From the NCBI GenBank assembly GCA_964016885.1, contig OZ024741.1, positions 128,774,001-128,838,000 on the forward strand: a stretch of 64,000 bases of DNA. The letters are read 5' to 3'. Under the pieces are notes generated by a model. The model worked only from the letters and a program-made list of their open reading frames with translations, was not told the origin of the DNA and did not search any database. Each line of letters begins with the position of its first letter. Positions within the stretch are counted from its first letter, which is position 1. The stretch comes from Eledone cirrhosa. Its lineage: Eukaryota. A program made the translations under genes and the position numbers. This document shows, piece after piece, positions 56,074 through 64,000 of this stretch.

Positions 56074-57618
56074 ATCATCATCATCATCGTTTAACGTCCG
56101 TTTTCCACGCTAGCATGGGTTTGGACGGTAATTTTCCCACTTAAGGCAAGATTGGTTGTTTTGCTCGTATAGGACTGTCTGGCAGGTTTTCTACGGCTGG
56201 ATGCCCTTCCTAACACCAACCACGTTTACAGTGTGGACTGGGAGGTTTTTACCGTGTTACCTACACGGCCACATTACAGCGTGGACTGTGTTTTATTGTC
56301 GTGACACCTACACGACCTCATTTGTTTCGGACTGGATGTTGTGGTACCAGCATAACTTCACATTTAAGGGGGTGTTGTGGATGGGGTGGGGGTAGTGGGA
56401 CGGGGGTGTATTTTGTTAGAGGTGCCTACTGACTGTAGGTTTCGCTTTGTACTTAGGCAAGGCGGGTCTTCTGTATAACTGTGTAGCGCCAAAGATCTCG
56501 GTCCAGTGACATTGTCTTGGAGAGGAGTAAGTGTGTGAGGTCGGAATTTATCAAGTCGTCCCAGGTTTTTCTGGGTCTGCCTACTCCGTGGCTACCGTCT
56601 ATTTTTATCGCACTGCACTTTTTTTTTTATTTTTTTTTATTTTATACAGCTGTCGTCTTTCATGCGCATCACGTGACCGTACCAACGTAGTCTTCTCTCA
56701 AGTAAACAACATCTGATCCCTCTTATTCCTAATTTCTCCCTTAGTTCGTTTATGCTTTGCCGTTCACGTATATTACTATTACACATCCAGCGGAGCATGC
56801 AAGCTTCGTTTCTCTCCAGTCTGCGTATATCCTCTTCACACAATGCCCAGGTCTCACTGCCATGTAACATTTTGTTTGTATGCAGGCATCATACAGCCTG
56901 CCTTTCATTTTTAGAGAGAACCCTTTAGCGGCCAATAGTGGTATAAGCTCTCTGAACTTTTTCCATCCTGTTCTGACTCTAGCTACTGTACTTTCAGAGC
57001 ACCCTCCCCCACTGCTGATTTTGTCACCCAGGTAACGGAAGCTGTCCACTATTTCTATAGAACCATCTGTGCAATGGAATGAGCTAGTATTCTGTGGGCA
57101 CTTGCTGCTACTTATTTTACCAGAGCACCGGCCACATATAAAATCTATATTCTTAGTTAGCTTACCTGTGATCCCACTACATCTTTTATGCACCCATACT
57201 TTGCATTTGGGATATAAAATGGAGTTTCTGCCTACTCCTTTCCTACACACTGAGCATGGCCATTTCCCAGATGGGACCGGTGCCCTATTTTCCTTCCTAC
57301 AAACTAGAACTTTAGTCTTAGACAAGTTAACTTTAAGGCCTTTTGATTCTAGGCCATGCTTCCATGTTTGGAATTTCTTCTCTAGTTCCGCCATTGATTC
57401 AGCTATGAGCGTTAGATCATCTGCATGTAGGAGTTCCCATGGGCAGCCAGTCTTGAACTCCTCTGTTATAGCCTGAAGGGCAATAATAAATAGTAGGGGC
57501 CTAAGGACGGAGCCCTGATGAACACCAACTTTTATGCTAAACTCTCCACTATATTTGTTGTTAATTCTAACCTTGCTGACTGTTTCTTTATACATGGCTT
57601 GTAAGCTCTCACAAGCCA
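56074..57618 (-). mobile_element. 5'-truncated RTE-type LINE (RT core, Cys/His finger insert, C-terminus, 3'UTR)
   Basis: KVGVHQGSVLRPLLFII, ELLHADDL, GLKVNLSKTKVL, FRYLG, MLHGSETW, RRLRWYGHV; frameshifts; (GAT)n tail. Confidence 0.97.
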
Positions 57619-57665
57619 TATATATGGAGGAGATTATAGTTCACCTGAAGCATTGTGTAATGAAG

Positions 57666-58062
57666 TATAAACGTTTGTATATTTATAATAAAGCCAAAAC
57701 AATGCAGGTATGGACATAGAATAAAGAATGCAAATGCAAAAGATATTGTTGACAATAAGTCTTTTACCTTAGATTTATTTAAATGTCCTTAATTTTCGAG
57801 ATAATATCTCTTCTTCGGAGGGATGTAAAGCGGTTAAACCAGTGTTCTAAATAGCTTGCCAAGTCATGCAAGCTATTTAGAACACTGGTTTAACCGCTTT
57901 ACTTCCCTCCGAAGAAGAGATATTATCTCGAAAATTAAGGACATTTAAATAAATCTAAGGTAAAAGACTAATTGTCAACAATATCTTTTGCATTTGCATT
58001 CTTTATTCTATGTCCATACCTGCATTGTTTTGGCTTTATTATACATATACAAATGTTTATAT
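57666..58062. repeat. ~195-bp-arm hairpin with ~8-nt loop; PLE remnant with a hammerhead-like motif in each arm
   Basis: Centre atagcttgc caagtcat gcaagctat. 57906-57940 reads CCT-CCGAAGA-a-GAGATA t TATCTC-GAAAATTA^AGG. Confidence 0.85.
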
Positions 58063-58113
58063 TTATATATATATATGTATATATATATAGGAAAATCTGC
58101 TTCGTAGAATCAA

Positions 58114-58209
58114 GACGTATCTGAGGACATTGCGATTTTCAGAGTCAGGTTCGATCATCACATCGATCGTGCCTCGAGCTGGTCGCCAGAGAAACGATTG
58201 TAATATGTC
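58114..58209 (+). ncRNA. Hammerhead ribozyme motif with expanded (~63-nt) stem II, RECK sense strand
   Basis: GACGTAT-CTGAGGA-[long irregular stem II]-GAAA-C gatt G-TA^ATATGTC. 7-bp stem I (one G.U), GUA cleavage after 58202. Confidence 0.75.
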
Positions 58210-58251
58210 CAATAAATTCCATTCGTCGCAACACTGAATCTCTTTTTTTCT

Positions 58252-58296
<45 letters not shown>

Positions 58297-58297
58297 A

Positions 58298-58555
58298 AGA
58301 GGTCGTGTAGGTGTCATGACAAAAAGCACCCAGTCCACGCTGTAAAGTGGCTGTGTAGGAGACACAGTAAAAAGGCTCCCAGTCCACACTGTAAATGTGG
58401 TTGGTGTTAGGAAGGGTATCCAGCCATAGAAAACCTGCCAGATACAGTCCTATACGAGCGAGACATGGTCACCTGATCAATCTTGCCTCAAGTGGAACAA
58501 TTCCTGTTTAACCCATGCTAGCGTGGAAGATAAACGTTAAACGATGATGATGATG
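58298..58555 (+). mobile_element. RTE LINE 3'UTR fragment
   Basis: Colinear with 53050-53310; gttaaacgatgatgatg tail. Confidence 0.9.
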
Positions 58556-59123
58556 CTATATATATGTATATGCACTACAACTCATCAAAAGTGCATGTAT
58601 AGGGTAGAGTAATGTACAAATGTCAGGAAAGTGAACAGTGTATGAGGGTGACAGTAATGCTCAGGTCACGTTCACAAGAAGACTTCTTAATATTAGTCTT
58701 GTGGAGGGAGTATGTGGACGCTGGGTTTTTCCTCTCAAAATGGCGGTACACTTGTCCACAGCCAGCTTGAGTATATAATAATAATAATAGGCTGATTTGT
58801 TATATCTTCATTACGTTTATTGAGTAGTGACATGCGTTTCACTATTGATCAGCTCAAGGTTCGATCTGAATCAATCTGGCCCGACTCATATATATATATA
58901 TGGAAAACAGGGATATAATTACACAAAGTTTTATTAGTTTCATGTTTGCTGGAAAAGGAAAAAGAATAGTCTGAATAGTCTGTCATCAGGAAAGAATAAA
59001 GTTAAGAGAAAGTGGAGGATGGAAGTTTGAGTGTGGAAAAGGCAGTTCAACATACATCCTACTAATCCTTCTTCTGATCAATGTCTTAACTAAAACCAAT
59101 GTTTTCTTCCTCATATATTCCAG

Positions 59124-59255
59124 GTCCCAATATGGAAGTGTTTCCTCCAGTTAGGCCTTACTAAAAATAAAACAAGTCTTAGTATAATTGATGGTGCCAA
59201 GCTGCAATGTTGTCGGAAAGCTTTGAGCAGTAAATGCCGGGAACTGTGTAAAAAG
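59124..59255 (+). CDS. RECK: RECK exon (end CC4, start CC5), VPIWKCFLQLGLTKNKTSLSIIDGAKLQCCRKALSSKCRELCKK
   Basis: ttccag acceptor, gtaatg donor, 132 nt. PIWKCFL and DGAKLQCC..CRELC match human PLWQCFL and DGAKLHCCSKANTSTCRELCTK. Confidence 0.96.
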
Positions 59256-60312
59256 GTAATGGCTTTTGATTGTTCTCGTTGTTGTTGTTGGTGTTGGTGG
59301 TGTTGATATTGACTGTCTTCAGAGTAATCTTTAAAGCACTTGTGTGACTTGCACTGCAGGCATTTGTTTTGCAGCAGCTCCCCATACAATGCTTGTATAT
59401 ATATATATATATATATCTGTGTGTATTTGTGTGTGTATATATATATATATATACATTGAAAAACAGGCCAAAGACTGTTGATTATTATATTATATAATTA
59501 TATTAAATTATATAATATATATTATATAATACAATTAAGTATTTTGTCTTTTTTTCAATGAATGTTTGCTCTATGAGTTTACTTAAATGTTTAAAATAAG
59601 GATTTCATACAACTCAAATAAAATTGTATTTAGCCTTCTTCATCTACCTCTATCTGTTTTCTTATTCGAAAAAGATTTCTTGTAAACTTATATATATATA
59701 TATATTAGGAACCTATATGCTTGCCAATGCATGCAAGGAAAAAATGTTTTTGCTTGCATCATATCACTAAACAAATATTCATCTAAAGAAATCCCTCCTA
59801 TACCAGCAACAAATGTAAATACTACATCTTGGGTTGCATAAGGGTAGCCATAGAAATAATTATAATGAATATATGCTTTATGTAATCACACCATCTTTCT
59901 TAATATTATTCTTATATTTATATATATATATCATAATAAGAATTTTGATCAAAACACAAAATACAACAAAATATCAATCATATTGCCTTACAAAACCACA
60001 AGCTATCTGGAATGCTAAAAATAGTTTTTAAACCATCCATATCCAGCCAGAATTCTCTCACCTCTTTCTGTTCAAACCGGCTGTAACTGGCTGTTCACAC
60101 TGATGCTAAGGTATTGTTCTCAAAATATATAATATCAAAATCTCATAGATTCGATATTATGTGAGATTAATATGAAAATATAATAGTAAATATAAAGTAA
60201 TGTAAATGCTAAAGGGTTAAGTCAGCTCTACTAAAATTAAAATGTTTATTTATATATTCATGTGTGTGTATCCATATATTTATAAATATATACTGTTGTC
60301 TATTCATTGAAG

Positions 60313-60427
60313 ACATTCAGCAGTCTGTGGGGTGACAGCTCTAAAGCCTTCCATGCCAACTGTCTCACACCAATGCAGTCACTGTTAGATCCAATGGAGA
60401 CACCTTTACAGATGTGTATCAAACAAG
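60313..60427 (+). CDS. RECK: RECK exon (CC5 second half), TFSSLWGDSSKAFHANCLTPMQSLLDPMETPLQMCIKQ
   Basis: AAG acceptor required by frame, gtaagc donor, 115 nt, phase 0 to 1. Matches human LYSMSWGNTQSWQEFDRFCEYNPVEVSMLTCLAD with a short insertion. Confidence 0.88.
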
Positions 60428-61018
60428 GTAAGCTTCATCTTGATCTTTACATACCTACTTAATTACCTAGCTACCTCTCTACCTACCTAGTTACCTCACT
60501 CTACATACCTATCTCTCTCTACCTAGCTGCGTCTCTCTCTACCTACCTCACTCTCTCTCTCTACCTACCTATGTATCTCACTATCTCTCTACCTATCTAC
60601 GTACCGCTTTCTCTCTCTACCTACCTACCTCACTCTCACTCTCTTACTCTACCCTCCTCCCTCTCTCTCTACCTACCTACTTCTCCCCCTCTCTCTCTTA
60701 CTCTCTACCTTGCTATATCTCTCTCTACCTACCAGTCCAGTATTAATGTCAATTCTTCCTCTATATATCTTCCTCACCCCCCCCCTCTCTCTGGAAGAAA
60801 CCAACTATATTCAGACCTAGAGAGGTGATGAGCTCTGCCAGGTTTAAAATCCCCAAGGCACAGTGTATATTAGTATGGCACCCCTACAACTCCATCAGGA
60901 GTTAGAGTTATGGGTCCCATACATACATACAATGAAAAGGTTGAAAGAAAAAACAAAAGCATAAAGTTTCCCCACTTACCTCCGTCTCCACACCTTTTTT
61001 ATTTTACTTCTTCTCCAG

Positions 61019-61195
61019 TGGATGAGCCATGTACCCTTGGTTGTGATGCTCTAAATTTCTGCACCAACTTCAATAACCGTCCAGTTGAAATGTTCCGCAG
61101 CTGTAACTCAAAAGCAGACAATGCAGCAAAACGTGAACTGCACCATTGGCAGAAAGGGGTCATTAATCTACCACAGATGAGAATACCAGTCAAAG
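61019..61195 (+). CDS. RECK: RECK exon (Frizzled-like cysteine-rich region), VDEPCTLGCDALNFCTNFNNRPVEMFRSCNSKADNAAKRELHHWQKGVINLPQMRIPVK
   Basis: ttctccag acceptor, weak gtcatg donor, 177 nt. EPCxLGC..L..CTNFNNRP.E.FRSCN is the RECK signature. Confidence 0.97.
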
Positions 61196-62309
61196 GTCAT
61201 GACCTGTCAATATCTTTTTTTTTTATTGTTTTGTTTTTTTAATTATTTTGTTTGGTTGCTTCATTTCTTTCCAGTCTGCGCATGTTTTCTGCAATCACAG
61301 CCCATGTTTCACTACCATGCAACATTGCACTTCACACACTGGTATCATACTGTCATTCTTTTGTATGTAGGGATAAACCTTTTGTGTTTAACAGTCTGAG
61401 TAGCTTTCAGACTGGTCTCTGCTACCCCTGTTTTTCCAGTCTTTCCATGCCTGTCTCTTGGCTTTTATAGCTCTATCCACTGAGCTGTTCCCCCACCAGT
61501 TCACCTTCTGTCAGGCTGGTGCTCTACCCCAGCCACAAGTCTCATCAATACAAGAATTTCCAATTGTTCTCTATGTCAATACTATCTAGCTCATCCCTTC
61601 TCTCATGAAGTACATCCCATGGGACCTTTCTAAACCTATTTTTAACCAAAAGGTCCTTTAACTTCCAACCCCTTCATCTCCATATTTTCCTGCATAGTTT
61701 GTTCTGTCTTGTGTTTATTCTGATGTCGCTAAAACCAATTTGTGTTGGGAAGTATATTCTCTCCCCAGGGGCCTCAGTCCTTCTTCATTTCTTGAGCCAT
61801 AATGATAGAAACTTATGCCAATGATGATGATGATGCAATTATATAGATTTATTCATAGAAATATATAATACATATATACATATTTACCTGTGAATCTGTC
61901 TGTGATTATGTGTTCATCTGTATGTATGTATGTATGTATGTATGTATGTATGTATGTATGTATGTATGTATGTATGTATGTGTATCATCATTATCATCAC
62001 TGTTTTATGCTTGCATGCGTTATAGATACATACACACATACATACATACATAAATACACACACACACATACTTACCTACCTACATATATACACACAAACA
62101 CATACTCACATACAAACATACAAACATACACACAAACACACATACACGCATGATACAGACATACATACACACTCATACATACATAAATACATACACATGC
62201 ACACATACACACACACGCACACACGCATACACACACATGAATACGCACATATGAATATTTCTTCACCACCACCATGTCTACAACATCAAATTCATTGTCT
62301 GTATTGCAG

Positions 62310-62406
62310 ATATCAAGACTTGTGAATATGGAATGTGGAAGACCATAGCATGTGCCTTGCAAGTGAAACCCTGTCATGGCCAGCCAACACCCCTCTCCAT
62401 CTGCCG
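62310..62406 (+). CDS. RECK: RECK exon, DIKTCEYGMWKTIACALQVKPCHGQPTPLSICR
   Basis: ttgcag acceptor, gtaagt donor, 97 nt, phase 1 to 2. Matches human DIKKCQPEMWKAIACSLQIKPCHSKSRGSIICK. Confidence 0.96.
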
Positions 62407-62439
62407 GTAAGTAGATGCTTACACCCATCACCATTAAGC

Positions 62440-62765
62440 AGAGTAAGTAGAGGCCCACACACTCAACTAACACCCATCTCTATATTCCAAACCAATTTGA
62501 GGCCCACACGGCCAAACTAACACACCTCTCTATCTACCAGGGCAATTAGAGGTTCACACAGCTAGCCAAGATTCCCCTATCTAGCAGAGTAAAGCCCACA
62601 CAACCAACCAACACACCCCTCTCTATCTACCAGGGCAATTAGAGACCCACACAGCCATCCAACACCCTCTATATTTAACCAGGCCAAGTAAAGGCCCACA
62701 ACCAACATATTTCTCTATCCACCAGAGCAAGTAAAAGCTCACATCCCTACATCAACCAGGCAAGG
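62440..62765. repeat. ~50-58-bp degenerate minisatellite
   Basis: gcccacac..ccaac.aacacc..tctctat.tacc repeated about 6 times. Confidence 0.75.
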
Positions 62766-62779
62766 AGAAGTCCACACCT

Positions 62780-63818
62780 TTTGCCATGTCACCATCATGA
62801 CCACATTACAGCATGGGCTGGGGGATGCTTCACTGGATACATTTACTTTGGCCTGTCCTCCTGGAGGTGTATGAGAAGGTGGATTGGGGCATAGTGTATA
62901 TATGCTTCGGTTTGTGCTCATGGGAAGTCGGGTCTTCTGTATTACTGCATATCACCAGAGACCCTGGTCATGTGTCATCGCCTTTGAGAAGTGCAATTGG
63001 GCAAGGTCAGCTTTTATCACCTCATCCCAAGTCTTCCTGGGTCTCCCCACTCCAAGACTTCCATCGACTTTGAGCACTCTGAACTTTTTTATGCAGCTGT
63101 TATCCTTCAAACGCATCACATTTCCATACCAACGCAATCTCCTCTCATGCACACAGCAGTTGATTCCTCTTATGCCTAGCTTTTATCTCAGTTCATTTAT
63201 GCTTCGCCGTTCTCGTATATTACTATTACACATCCATCGGAGCATGCAAGCTTCATTTCTTTCTAATCTACGCAAGTCTTCTGCACACAGCACCCAGGTC
63301 TCACTACCATGCAACATAGCATTTCATATGCATGCATCATACAGTCTGCCTTTCATTCTGAGGCAAAAGCCTTTTGTAGCCAGCAGTGGTAATAGCTCCC
63401 TGAACTTCCTCCATCCCATTCTTACCCTGGTTACGGTACTTTCAGAACACCCATCTCCGCTGCTAAATCAGTCACCTAGGTAGCAGAAGCTGTCTACTGT
63501 TTTTACAGAGCCCTCCCAGAATTTGGTAGCTTGTTTCCTGTAGTCATTTGTTGTTTACTGTTCCATTGCAACTGCTACATGTAAAGCCTACATTTTTAGC
63601 TAAACTTCCTGAGATCCCACTACATCTCTTTGTGTAACCCATAGTTTCCATATGGGGCATAGGATGGAGTTTCTACCTACACCTTTCCTACATACTGGAC
63701 AAGGCCATATCCCTAAGGGGATCTGGGTTCTATTTTCTCTTCTACTTACTAGAACCTTAGTCTTAGTTAGGATGACTTTAAGACCCCTTCTTTCTAGGCC
63801 CTGCTTCCATGTTTGGAA
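62780..63818 (-). mobile_element. RTE-type LINE fragment, older copy of the 56074 family
   Basis: [32 protein letters not shown]; nucleotide colinearity with 56460-57375. Confidence 0.93.
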
Positions 63819-63919
63819 GATCTAAAATTCCAGATCTAAAATGCTGCCAAAGAAATGGTGTATGTCACTATAGTGCCACTGTGACTCCACCAGTTGTTAA
63901 GGCTCATCCATACATACAT

Positions 63920-63975
<56 letters not shown>

Positions 63976-64000
63976 TATATATGTATATTTCGTTTTTTAA

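Overview
AT-rich, microsatellite-saturated eukaryotic DNA. The SINE/RTE repertoire and repeat density suggest a coleoid cephalopod (Octopus-like); this is inference, not proven. Almost all ORFs in the supplied track are translations of simple repeats. The one host gene I can support is a + strand RECK orthologue. Nine internal GT-AG exons (12743-12782, 24499-24581, 33698-33779, 38650-38850, 45793-45923, 59124-59255, 60313-60427, 61019-61195, 62310-62406; 1058 nt) splice in frame. They encode the end of CC1, CC2-CC5 and the start of the Frizzled-like cysteine-rich domain; I did not find the first and last exons in the window. The introns hold RTE and CR1-like LINE pieces, tRNA-derived SINEs, pogo/Tigger-type MITEs, two non-autonomous Helitrons, a truncated hAT transposase and several satellites. 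The most striking layer is a dense set of Penelope-like element (PLE) remnants sitting in (TA)n tracts as fold-back hairpins. They carry at least 7 complete or near-complete hammerhead ribozyme motifs plus several half motifs, some in RECK sense orientation. In about seven hairpins the inversion breakpoint falls inside the ribozyme itself. The amniote RECK gene is the known host of the ultraconserved intronic hammerhead HH9. All alignments and folds here were done by eye.
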